Below are positions 13,877 through 25,976 of a DNA stretch of 64,000 bases, piece by piece. Position 1 is the stretch's first letter. Every line of letters starts with the position of its first letter. The position numbers and the translations under genes are program-made. The notes beneath the pieces are model-generated. The model had not been told where the DNA came from, ran no database searches, and saw only the letters and a program-made list of their open reading frames with translations. The DNA lies in assembly GCF_006345805.1 (NCBI RefSeq), contig NC_043014.1, forward strand, positions 38,192,001 through 38,256,000. The letters are read 5' to 3'. The stretch comes from Octopus sinensis (Eukaryota).

Positions 13877-14173
13877 TGGAATAAGAATATAGAATAAGTG
13901 AACATCATGTCTACAACCGTGATAATAACGGTTTCGAATTTTGGCACAAAGCCAGAAGTTTTGTAGCAGACGGAGTTTGTCGAATATCGATCCCAGATCA
14001 GCGTTAATTAAGCAGATCTAAGATCAAAAAGATTTTAGTAATGACCGTACAGATATTTGTAATTTTTTCTTATTTACATTCCAACGACCGAGTTTTGTAT
14101 CTTTGTTAGAAATCAGCTCCTACCTTAGAGGAAGACGTCGAATTATTAAAAATAGCAGAGAACATACATACAT

Positions 14174-14733
14174 GTTGGCTGCCCCCTCGTTATCGAGTAT
14201 GGCCATTGCACGAAGCTTAATCAATGTTGTTATCGTGCAATGCCTGTGCAAGAAGATTTTTTTTAAAGTGAGGAAAGGCTGCGCACTGAGTCAATCCCAC
14301 TCACTTAATAACAGTAGCCTTAATCCGAAAAGAAGAACAAGTCAACATCATCGGTAACCACTGAGCCGCAGGTTTTCTGTCGGAGTTATCCCAGTTACTT
14401 GAGTTACCTTCTCCTAGAAGGATTCCCTAACAAAGGCTAGGAGTCCTTCACTCCCAATGGTTTAACCGCGCGATCGGGTATTCAGTCCGATTATTTCTAT
14501 GTCCCCGCGCATGATACAGCCTTAAGACATTTATTGGATGGCCGTTGACTCTCAAGAGTTCCTCCGCCCTTTGACGGGTTTTGTTTTTCATCCCGCAGGG
14601 TGTCCAATAAACACCCTCCTCACTTCACCAAGCAAGCCTGGTGAGGTTGCCGGTTTAGTCGCCGACGACCCGACCATGCAACAGGTTGTACTGGGATACA
14701 TGTTACCAGTAGCACTCGAAAGTGACCTGACAT
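14174..14733 (-). mobile_element. Non-autonomous bipartite RTE-like element (5' UTR-like part fused to 3' end)
   Basis: Reverse strand TAGCCTTTGTTAGGGAATCCTTCTAGGAGAAGGTAACTC resembles RTE 5' UTR motif; 3' end shared with 51486-51595; AACATACATACAT on both flanks. Confidence 0.55.
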
Positions 14734-14967
14734 AACATACATACATACATACATACATACATACATACATACATACATACATGCATGCATGCATACATAC
14801 ATACATACATACATACATATCTGCATCTACATCTTATCTATCTACATAATTAAGGAATTAGCAAAAAGTTGCTTCACCACATACCGAAAATTTAGAAATA
14901 GCAGTCAAAACTACTAATTCTTCAACTCCAATATATCTCCACAGACAGTGGAGATAATGATAATTTC

Positions 14968-15146
<179 letters not shown>

Positions 15147-15217
15147 CGGAAGAGAGAGAGAGAGTACAAGACTGGTAGCTTATTTATGAGCACCAAATGG
15201 ATGAGATAAATTTTACT

Positions 15218-15344
15218 GCATCGAGACAATGACCCCTTTTGGTTAATTACCCCCTCTCTAATATATTAAGGTTTTAAATCATCATCTGTTGTCCTTAGGG
15301 GGGAGGGTTATTGTCAATGGGGGAGGGTTAAATGTCCTAGACTC
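15218..15344. mobile_element. Short modular foldback-like element
   Basis: Related to 19227-19459; flanked by AAATTTTACT / AAATTTTTACT; an uninterrupted homologous site lies at 18432-18525. Confidence 0.6.
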
Positions 15345-15464
15345 AAATTTTTACTTTGGTGGTATTTGAACTCAAAATGCGCAGAGCCAAAACAAACTAC
15401 TGTAAGGCAGTTTATCTGAGCAGGACACTTTTACGGTTAAACAGAAAAAGCAGCAGCAGAGACA

Positions 15465-15887
15465 GTATATTTCTTTACTGCCCACAAGGGTCTAAACATA
15501 GAGTGGACAAACAAGGACAAACAAGTGGATTAAGTCGATTACATTGACTCCAGTGCGTAAACTGGTACTTAATTTATCGACCCGAAAGGATTAAAAGCAA
15601 AGTCGACCTCGGCGGAATTTGAACTCAGAACGTAGAGGCAGACGAAATACCTTTTTCTTTACTACCCACAAGGGGCTAAACACAGAAGGGACAAACAAGG
15701 ACAGACAAATAGATTAAGTCGATTACATCGACTCCAGTGCGTAAACTGGTACTTAATTTATCGACCCCGAAAGGATGAAAGGCAAAGTCGACCTCGGCGG
15801 AATTTGAACTCAGAACGTAACGGCAGACGAAATACGGCTACGCATTTCGCCCGGCGTGCTAACGTTTCTGCCACTTCACCGCCTTCA
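15465..15887 (-). mobile_element. Family M SINE, multimeric
   Basis: Two core units plus head. Confidence 0.85.
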
Positions 15888-16271
15888 GCAGCAGCAGAGA
15901 CAATAGCAATAATAACAACAATAACTAAGAAGAGACCACTGACATCGGATGATATTTGTAACAACAAAAATCAACAAAGATTACGAAAGCAAATATTCAC
16001 TATAAAATATATAAAATATTTCAATAAAACTTGACAAAACAAAAAATGTCGCGAGCGTGTATGTGTGTGTGTGTGTATGTGTGTATATGTATGCTTGTGT
16101 GTGTATGTATGTGTGTTTATGTATGCTTGTGTGTATGTGTGTGTGTGTATGTGTATTTTTAAAAACTAAATACCAGATGGTCGGGGACCAAAAATAGACC
16201 TTCAAGATCTGAAGAAAATAAATAACAGACACAAATTCACGCGTACACAGACACACACACATACATACACA

Positions 16272-16329
<58 letters not shown>

Positions 16330-16596
16330 CACACACAGACAGTGAAATAAATATAGAAAGGTGTCTGGGAGAAATGGTTTCGTAACTGATTATTTACATA
16401 ACATTGAATAGTGACAGAAACCACATGAAAGATAAAGGAAATAAAAATACGAAACAGAAGAGAAAAAAAGAAAAGAAAAAAGGCAAATAAAAAGCCTTTG
16501 ACCAACCTCTCCACCCTCCACCACCCGTCACCCACTTTCTTTTTATTTCGCATTTTTTTTGCTACATCATGCAATGAGAATTGTTTTAGTTGTACA

Positions 16597-16654
<58 letters not shown>

Positions 16655-16671
16655 TTAATAATAATAATAAT

Positions 16672-17398
16672 CTTTTCTATTACAGGCACTAGGCCTAGTG
16701 TTTTACAAGTACTTGATTTATCGATCCCAAAAGGATGAAAGACAAAGTCGACCTCGGCGGAATTTGAACTCAGAATGTAGCGGTAGATGAAATACCTATT
16801 TCTTTACTACCCACAAGGGGCTAAACACAGAGGGGACAAACAATGACAGACAAAAGGATTAAGTCGATTATATCGACCCCAGTGCGTAACTGATACTTAT
16901 TTAATCGACCCCGAAAGGATGAAAGGCAAAGTCGACCTCGGCGGAATTTGAACTCAGAATGTAGCGGTAGATGAAATACCTATTTCTTTACTACCCACAA
17001 GGGGCTAAACACAGAGGGGACAAACAATGACAGACAAAAGGATTAAGTCGATTATATCGACCCCAGTGCGTAACTGATACTTATTTAATCGACCCCGAAA
17101 GGATGAAAGGCAAAGTCGACCTCGGCGGAATTTGAACTCAGAACGTAACGGCAGACGAAATACCTATTTCTTTATTACCCACAAGGGGCTAAACATAGAG
17201 AGGACAAACATGGACAGACATAGGTATTAAGTCGATTATATCGACCCCAGTGCGTAACTGATACTTATTTAATCGACCCCGAAAGGATGAAAGGCAAAGT
17301 CGACCTCGGAAGAATTCGAACTCAGAACGTAGCGGCAGACGAAATACGGCTACGCATTTTGCCCGGCGTGCAAACGTTTCTGCCAGCTCGCCGCCTTC
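16672..17398 (-). mobile_element. Family M SINE with four core units at 184-bp period
   Basis: GTCGACCTCGG at 16747, 16931, 17115 and 17299; (AAT)n tail at 16597-16670. Confidence 0.9.
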
Positions 17399-17457
17399 GC
17401 CGTCACTTTTGATTTAATAATAAGCAGTGGCTCTAATGGATTCTGATTTAATTATAA

Positions 17458-17940
17458 GCAGTGGCTCTCCTGGCTTCTTATTTAAACTGATTGAAAAGTG
17501 TTAACGTGTGTATATTTTGTTTTGGTGTGAAAGATAGGCTACAGCAAATATTCTGTTCAATAACATAAGATGAATTTGTTAACCAGTTGAGCCTGTCCGT
17601 TAGTGGCTGACGATATGTGCATATTTGATCACCAGCAGCAGTAGTGGGGGAGCATCATAGCCATGTGTTGAGACGACTTGATTGGATTTGAATAAGTCAT
17701 TTCTAGAAACATGGGTGTTTTATTAATCATCCTTAAACAACCTTTATTCAGGGATCTTTTGAGCGGGATAGGCTACTCGAGCTGCAGAAAATTCTAACTG
17801 GGCTCACCCAGCAAGATCATGCTTAATATCAAAGCACCAGGTTGCGCATATATGGTTGTGATTCATGTGCCTGGTGTACCGTTATCAGATGGGTATATTG
17901 GGCTTCGTATATATGTGTCCCGGTGTCAGTTTAATGGAAA
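17458..17940. mobile_element. About 520-bp dispersed non-coding repeat (family D), AAT-associated
   Basis: Homologous to 28839-29381 and 45635-46169. Confidence 0.75.
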
Positions 17941-17965
17941 ATAGAAGGGAACATACATACATTCA

Positions 17966-18042
<77 letters not shown>

Positions 18043-18164
18043 ATATATATATATATATATACATAATAGTAATAATAATAATAGTTGTAGGGAATATAAT
18101 TCTAAAACTTACAGGGAAAATTTCAATTTAGCAATTTTATATCAAATTTCACAATAAATATTTG

Positions 18165-18423
18165 TATAATTTAGAGAAAAACCTCTATTAAACAATTCAA
18201 TAATGAAAGATGTTAATCACACCATATAGAAAACATACTGTAAAAACCTTACTCTAAAAATCAATAAAGTACAATAAATAGTAAATTGTAGTACTACTAC
18301 TATTTACTATTTATTGTACTTTATTGATTTTTAGAATAAGCTTTTTATAGTATGTTTTCTATATGGTGTGAATAACATCTTTCATTATTGAATTGTTTAA
18401 TAGAGGTTTTTCTCTAAATTATA
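18165..18423. repeat. Near-perfect palindrome, about 259 bp
   Basis: TATAATTTAGAGAAAAACCTCTATTAAACAATTC... mirrored by ...GAATTGTTTAATAGAGGTTTTTCTCTAAATTATA; centre near 18294. Confidence 0.92.
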
Positions 18424-19226
18424 TCAATATCAGTACAAGGATGGTAGCTTATTTATGAACACCGAATGGATAGAAGATAAATATTACTTCTGTGGTACTT
18501 GAACCCAAAGTGCGCAGAGCCAAAGCGAATAATAATTTCTAACTGAAGAACATAGACACTAAGGAAGCGAGGTGCAGTCGAGAAAATCACTGGTACTTTA
18601 GTTTATCTAACCAAACCCCGGAAGGATGAAAGGCAATGTGGACCTCGACAGGATATGAACTCAGACCGTAAAGTGTGGGAACAAATATCGTAAAGCATTT
18701 TGACCGATGCTCTAATGATTCTACCAATCTAGCCTTTCTTATTGCCCCATTGGCCCTTTCATATATGCAATAAAGTGTGTTACAAAAGGGCTTGCAGAAA
18801 ATGTAGGGTACTATATAAAACAGTTACATAAAAATGAGCCTCGGTGAGGTGTTATACAAGATACGAAAACAAGTTTTAAAAAGTATGTTTGTGTGTGTGT
18901 ATATATGTTTGTGCGTCTGTCCCCTAACATCGCTTGACAACCGATGCTGGTGTGTTTACGTCTCCGTAACTTAGCGGTTCGGCAAAAGAGACCGATTGAA
19001 TAAGTACTAGGCTTACAAAGAATAAGCCCTGGGGTCGATTTGTTCGACAAAAAGCGGAACTCCAGCATGGCCACAGTCAAATGACTGAAACAAGTAAAAG
19101 AGCAAAGAGTAAAGAGTAAAACCGTCCGCCTCGTTCAACAGTAATGGAATCTGATGCTCTCGGTCGTGTCTGCGAGCGTTTTCTGCTCGATACAAAGCAT
19201 TCATATCGCTTGGTAATGTCTGTTTC

Positions 19227-19459
19227 CTTATCAGGACAATTAACCCTCCCCTAGGACAATTACTACCCTCAGGACAATCCCCCCCAGCCCCAGGACAATT
19301 CCCCCTCCCCGCCGCCGACGGCAACTAACTCCTAGGACAATTATTCCCCTTGGTTAATTACCCCCTCTCCAATATGTTAAAAAGTTTTAAATCATGTTAT
19401 CCTCAGGGGGTTATTGTCCTTGAGTAGTTATTTCCATAGGGGGTAAATGTCCTAGACTC
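19227..19459. mobile_element. Foldback-like element built from GGACAAT..CCC modules with 9-bp TSD (MULE-like)
   Basis: Five GGACAAT modules on the left, TGTCC modules on the right; TSD GTCTGTTTC at 19218-19226 and 19460-19468. Confidence 0.7.
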
Positions 19460-19486
19460 GTCTGTTTCATGGTGTAATAGACTATT

Positions 19487-19870
19487 GGAGGCGCAATGGC
19501 CCAGTGGTTAGGGCAGCGGACTCGCGGTTATAGGATCGCGGTTTCGATTCCCAGAACGGGCGTTGTGAGTGTTTATTGAGCGAAAACAGTTAAAGCTCCA
19601 CGAGGCTCTGGTAAGGATGGTGGTGATCCCTGCAGTTCTCTTTCACCACAACTTTCTCTCACTTTTACTTCCTGTTTCTGTTGTACCTGTATTTCAAAGG
19701 GCCGGCCTTGTCACTCTCTGTGTCACGCTGAATATCCCCGAGAACTACGTTAAGGGTACACGTGTCTGTGGAGTGCTCAGCCACTTACACGTTAATTTCA
19801 CGAGCAGGCTGTTCCGTTGATCGGATCAACCGGAACCCTCGTCGTCGTAACCGACGGAGTGCTTCCATCC
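19487..19870 (+). mobile_element. Full-length SINE family A
   Basis: A/B boxes; 11-bp TSD AATAGACTATT (19476-19486, 19871-19881). Confidence 0.93.
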
Positions 19871-19939
19871 AATAGACTATTAATGTGATCATTAACAGTA
19901 TCTTGTCTTTTGAATGTCTCTTACACTATGATAATATGT

Positions 19940-20260
19940 AGGCACGTAACCTAGTGGTTAGGATATTCTGTTCACGATCATAAGGTCTTCAGTTCGATTC
20001 CCGGCGGCGCATTGTGTCCTTAAAATAGACAATTTATTTCACGTTGTTCCAGTCTATGCAGCTGGCAAAAATGAGTAGTACTTGTATTTCAAAGGGCCAG
20101 TCTTGTCACATTCTGTGTCGCGCTAAATCTCCCTGAGAACTGCATTAAGGATATGCGTGTCTGCAGAGTGCTCAGCCACTTGCGCATTAATTTCACGAGC
20201 ATGCTGTTCCGTTGATCGTATCCTCTGGAACACTCTTCATCGTAACCGATGGAGATCCAA
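19940..20260 (+). mobile_element. Older SINE, head 2 plus tail A
   Basis: Diverged homolog of 61070-61398. Confidence 0.75.
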
Positions 20261-20292
20261 AGTCCCCCTCCTTATATAATACACTGTCACTT

Positions 20293-20687
<395 letters not shown>

Positions 20688-20689
<2 letters not shown>

Positions 20690-21090
20690 AATGTGAGGAT
20701 AAAATTCTTTTCGAAAAAAAAATATTTTCTCGAAAACAATTTTATCAATGGCCAGCATATTAAAAAATACATTTAACGGTTAAATTTATATAATTCATAA
20801 ATGAGGGCAAGGGAAAAAAATTTCTAATGCCAAATATGCCGAAAAATTGGACATATTGTCCCTTAACCATATAATTTTTTCACAATACGCACGCTACTCG
20901 AATAAAGGTCGACAGAAATTTCTAAAAAATTACATTATTACCATATCGGACCGATTTCAGAGTTAGCTACTAAGAGCCCTCTCTTCGTCAGTGATACATG
21001 TGGTAAAAGAAATAAATGAGATACTTACTCATACCCATGAAAGAAGCAAACACTAAATCATGGGTACAACTAAGTACCCCAAATACATCC
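20688..21090 (-). mobile_element. Penelope-like terminal repeat fragment (family P2)
   Basis: Inverted diverged homolog at about 21400-21772 and a fragment at 43409-43612; contains a hammerhead motif. Confidence 0.65.
20939..20996 (-). ncRNA. Type I hammerhead ribozyme motif
   Basis: TATCA-CTGACGA-AGAG..CTCT-GAA-ATCGG-T-CCGAT-A-TGGTA: complete core with stems I, II and III. Confidence 0.8.
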
Positions 21091-21100
21091 AAAATATACA

Positions 21101-21139
<39 letters not shown>

Positions 21140-21399
21140 CAAATTTACAGAAAGACAAAAGACGAAAACAGCTGAAGGAACAACAAACATGTGTTGAGGT
21201 TTCGGACCAACGCTCTTCGAAAGAAAAGATTGGGAGGTAGAGATTTAAAAAATAGGGAAAAAGTAAGTAGGGAATAACGGTTGAATATAATGACATATAT
21301 ATATATATATATATAAAACAAACTGGGAGGAAAGAGACGGAACGAAGTGAGAATTCGAAAAATCGAAAATTCAAATATATATATATATATACAACTTAT

Positions 21400-21772
21400 A
21401 TGGAGTACTTAAGTGTACACATGACTTAGTGTTTACTTCTTCCATGGGTGCAAGTAAGTATTCCCTTTATTTCTTATCGTATTTATCGCTGACGACGAGA
21501 AAATTCTTATGAATTAAGTCAGAAATCGGGGCCGATTCGATAATAACGGAATTTTTTAGAAATTTCTGTCGGCTTGCTTCGAGATGCGTACTTATAGTGA
21601 TGAATTATATGGTTATTGACAATTTAAGTCTATTTTCGGCATATTTGGCATTGAAATTTTTTTTTCTTTTGCCCTTGTTTATAAGTTGTTTATAAATTTA
21701 ACCTTTAAAGGTAATTTTTTTAATATGCTGTCCATTGATAAAAATTTTTCGAAAATTTTATCCTATATTAGA
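21400..21772 (+). mobile_element. Penelope-like terminal repeat fragment (family P2), second copy
   Basis: Reverse-complement homolog of 20688-21090. Confidence 0.65.
21484..21542 (+). ncRNA. Type I hammerhead motif with damaged stem II
   Basis: TATCG-CTGACGA-CGA..TCA-GAA-ATCGG-GG-CCGAT-T-CGATA. Confidence 0.65.
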
Positions 21773-22386
21773 TGTATATATATATACATTTATGTATATA
21801 TGTCCATGCGCGCACACACACACACATATGGACATGTATGTATATTTGACGCATGCATATGTGTGTGTAATTGTGTAGGTATGTGTGAGTGTGTATGTGT
21901 GTGTGTGACATTTACGAGCACACACCTAAGATAGAAGTAAAGTGTCATATATAATTTACATTTAAAAATCTTAACCGTTTATGTCATAAGTGATTACAAT
22001 TCATATTCTGAGGTTTACCCTAACTCATAAACAGCCTCAAATTTCAGTCTGGTACGAAGGCTGTTAGACAGTAGGCATTATTTACGACCTCCATGTCACG
22101 TTGTAGGGTTACACTGTTAGACTTTACGGTGGAAGAAAGGGCTTATAATTGCTATTTTAACAACCGTTTTATTTCAGAATCACTGGGCTATCTTGAATAA
22201 GTTTATGCACATACATAGCCTATTAGGTTCAACTCGTGTTAGAAGATGAGTACAGTTTTTCTGTCTACATTGAGTCTGCAATGATGTGTGTGCGTGTGTG
22301 TGTATAAATACATACATACATACGTACATACATACGTACATACATACATACATACATACATACATACATACATACATAGATACTTG

Positions 22387-22428
<42 letters not shown>

Positions 22429-22429
<1 letters not shown>

Positions 22430-22561
22430 TTTATTTAGAAGCAGCAGAAATTCAACAAACCTGTTACTGGGAAGTTTCACGTTCCCGTTTCGTCGGACGA
22501 ACGGGAACGTGAAACTTCCCAGTAACAGGTTTTGTTAAATTTCTGCTGCTTTTAAATAAAG
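22429..22561. repeat. About 133-bp fold-back centred on a partial hammerhead-like motif
   Basis: CCTGTTACTGGGAAGTTTCACGTTCCCGTT / AACGGGAACGTGAAACTTCCCAGTAACAGG. Confidence 0.9.
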
Positions 22562-22625
22562 CATATTACTTACCCCTGGATTTGAGTACTCTTTTCCACC
22601 TTGTTTCACATTTATGTGTTCACTC

Positions 22626-22684
<59 letters not shown>

Positions 22685-22694
22685 GATATATATG

Positions 22695-22726
<32 letters not shown>

Positions 22727-22819
22727 TATAATATATATAACAAATAATAATTAAAACATATGCATATCTACATAATATATGTACATACCTACATCTGTAT
22801 GTATATATACATGATATAT

Positions 22820-22990
22820 GGGTACAGGACACCAAAAAAAAAAAACGTCGAACACAATGAGAAACGAAAACATAACCATGGAAACGGACTTTTTTTAAAC
22901 AACGATATAAAACAGAGTACAAGACATGCAACACAAGGAATATTCCCCTTCTTCAGTTGCCCCTGCTTCGTCTACTCCATGTTTCGAAGA
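22820..22990 (-). mobile_element. Family P1 fragment
   Basis: Homologous to 40008-40195. Confidence 0.6.
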
Positions 22991-23037
22991 TATATATATA
23001 TATATATATATATAGATATATATATATATATATATAT

Positions 23038-23076
<39 letters not shown>

Positions 23077-23121
23077 ATAGTAGAGAGATAGATAGATAGA
23101 TATAGATAGATAGATAGATAT

Positions 23122-23358
23122 GTGGAGGCGCGTGGCTTAGTGGTTAGGGTGTCAGCATCATCATCGTAAGATTGTGGTTTCGATTCCTGGACGGCGACGC
23201 TTTGTGTTCTTGAGCAAAACACTTCATTCACGTTGCTCCAGTCCACTCAGCTGGTGAAAATGAGTAACGCTGCGATGGACTGGCGTCCCGTCAAGCTTTG
23301 GAATACATACGCCATTGAAAGCAGGAAACGGGCCCATGAGCCTGCTAGGCTTAAAAGG

Positions 23359-23362
<4 letters not shown>
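23122..23362 (+). mobile_element. SINE, head 2 plus tail B (V-domain-like GCGATGGACTGGCGTCCCGTC)
   Basis: A/B boxes, TGTGTTCTTGAGCAAAACACTT; partial copy at 54818-54990. Confidence 0.8.
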
Positions 23363-23453
<91 letters not shown>

Positions 23454-23724
23454 GATATATAAACTTAGATCACTTATATATATAATTGGATTGTCCGGAA
23501 AGTTCGTGCCGATTTATAGTAGCTTGCCTTATACATACATACACATATCTACATACATAAAAATCATACACACATACAAAGATACCTACATCTGCATATA
23601 TATAGTTATACATCAACACATACATGCACACATACATAAATACTTAGACATACGCATATACATATACATACATACATGCATACATACATATATACATACA
23701 TACATACATACATACACATACATG

Positions 23725-24162
23725 CTTTTATTCTTTTACTTGTTTCAGTCATTTGACTGCGACCATGCTAGAGCACCTCCTTAAAGAGTGTTAGTCGAAT
23801 AAATCGACCCCAAGACTTATTCTTTGTAAGCCTAGTACTTATTTTATCATTTACTTTTGCCGAAGTGTTAAGTTACGATGACATAAACACACCAGCATCG
23901 GTTGTCAAGCGATGGCAGAAGAAACACACACAGACACACACGCACACACACACACATGCACACACTAATATATACATATATATACACATCCTAATATATA
24001 CATATATTTATATACGACGGGCTTCTTCCAGTTTCCGTCAGCCAAATCCATTCACAAAGCTTTGGTTGGTCCGAGGCTATAATCATGCCCAAGATGCCAC
24101 GCAGTGGGACTGAACCCTAAACCATATGGTTAGGAAGCAAGCTCCTTACCACACAGCCATGC
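23725..24162 (-). mobile_element. Family B SINE, diverged
   Basis: Homology to 13396-13876. Confidence 0.8.
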
Positions 24163-24620
24163 ATACACCCATACATACACTCTAACATACATATATACAT
24201 ACATATACATACTTAAACACATACATACACACACATACGTAGAGACATACATACATACACATTCACATACATACATACATGCAAGCATACACCCATACAT
24301 ATACTCTTACGTACATATATACATATACATACTTAAATACATACATAAACACACATACGTAGAGACATACATACATACACTCATACATACATACATACAT
24401 ACATGCATAAATACATACACACATGCATACATACATATACACACGCACATACATGCATAGATATATACATATATACACACACATATATACATACACACAT
24501 ACATACATGCCTACATACATATACACACACTCATACATACATATATACATACAGACACTTACACACACATACACACATACATATACACACGCGCATACTT
24601 ACATAGATACATACACACAC

Positions 24621-24651
<31 letters not shown>

Positions 24652-24950
24652 CATTCATGCATACATACATACATACCCACACACATACACACATACATAC
24701 ATGCATACATACACACATAGACACACATACATACATACATACATACATACATACATACATACATACATACATAAACACACACACACATACATACGTACAT
24801 ACATACATCATACATACATACATACATACATGCGCACACACATACATACATACATGCACACACACACATACATACATATATACATACATGCAAACGTACG
24901 CACATACATACATATATACATACATACATATACACACGCACATACATACA

Positions 24951-24981
<31 letters not shown>

Positions 24982-25010
24982 CATACATACATACATAGGT
25001 ACGTACATGT
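24163..25010. repeat. Degenerate (TACA)n/(CA)n array
   Basis: Direct reading. Confidence 0.93.
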
Positions 25011-25199
25011 CAACTGCCAGTATCTATTTGCATAGTACATTCTGCTGTGTCATTCTCAGAGTGCTTACCCTAGCGACTGTCGCATTGGGTCAGCAATCGG
25101 TGCAAACCGGAGCAGGCACTGCTTGGCTTAGTTGGGGAAATTCCTTCGTCTCAATGGAGAAAATCCTTTCCCGCTTACCACCACGTTTTTAAAGCGCGC

Positions 25200-25216
25200 G
25201 CGAGCACACATACACA

Positions 25217-25259
<43 letters not shown>

Positions 25260-25408
25260 ACACATACACACTGACGGGTGCACGCTCTCACAATCAGATA
25301 CGCACACATACAAACACACACACACAAAACACACACACACACACTCGCGCACACATTCACACTCAGACACAGATACACATTGACGGGTGCACGCTCTGAC
25401 ACTCGCAC

Positions 25409-25450
<42 letters not shown>

Positions 25451-25976
25451 ACAAACGCACACACACTGGCACACACATTCACACCCAGACACACATACAC
25501 ACTGACGGGGTGCACGCTCTCACAATCAGACACGCAGACACATACACACACACACACACACAACCAATGACACCCACAATCACATATATACACACACACT
25601 GACGCGTACGCGTGTGTGCGCGCATATATACACATCATACACTCATACTCCACCCACACGCTCATACACATACATACACACTCAGAACACACACACACAC
25701 ACACAGTGACGTGCGCACAGTTGCACGCACATACACACACACACACGACGTACAAATACATAGTTCGACACACATACACACACGTGCACACGCACACACG
25801 CGTACGTGCACACGCACATGCACGCACAAACATGCATAGTCTTCACACACTTATTCACACAAAGTTGTGCAAATACAAACATAGTTTCACACACACACAC
25901 AAGCACACACGCACACACCACACACACACACACAGAGACATACACACGCACCACCCCCACACACACATACACACAT
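25200..25976. repeat. (CA)n-rich low-complexity tract with repeated TGACGGGTGCACGCTCT modules
   Basis: Modules near 25271, 25381 and 25502. Confidence 0.85.

Noticed and set aside
16700-17400. CRISPR-like or satellite regular array
   Set aside because: Whole 184-bp units are repeated with no unique spacers; it is a SINE multimer in eukaryotic DNA.
19487-19560. tRNA genes suggested by A/B boxes
   Set aside because: These are SINE heads that continue into SINE bodies bounded by TSDs.
21190-21225. Minus-strand CGAAGAGCGTTGGTCCGAAAC and a similar pattern at 39165-39195
   Set aside because: Possibly decayed hammerheads, but stems and cleavage site cannot be supported.
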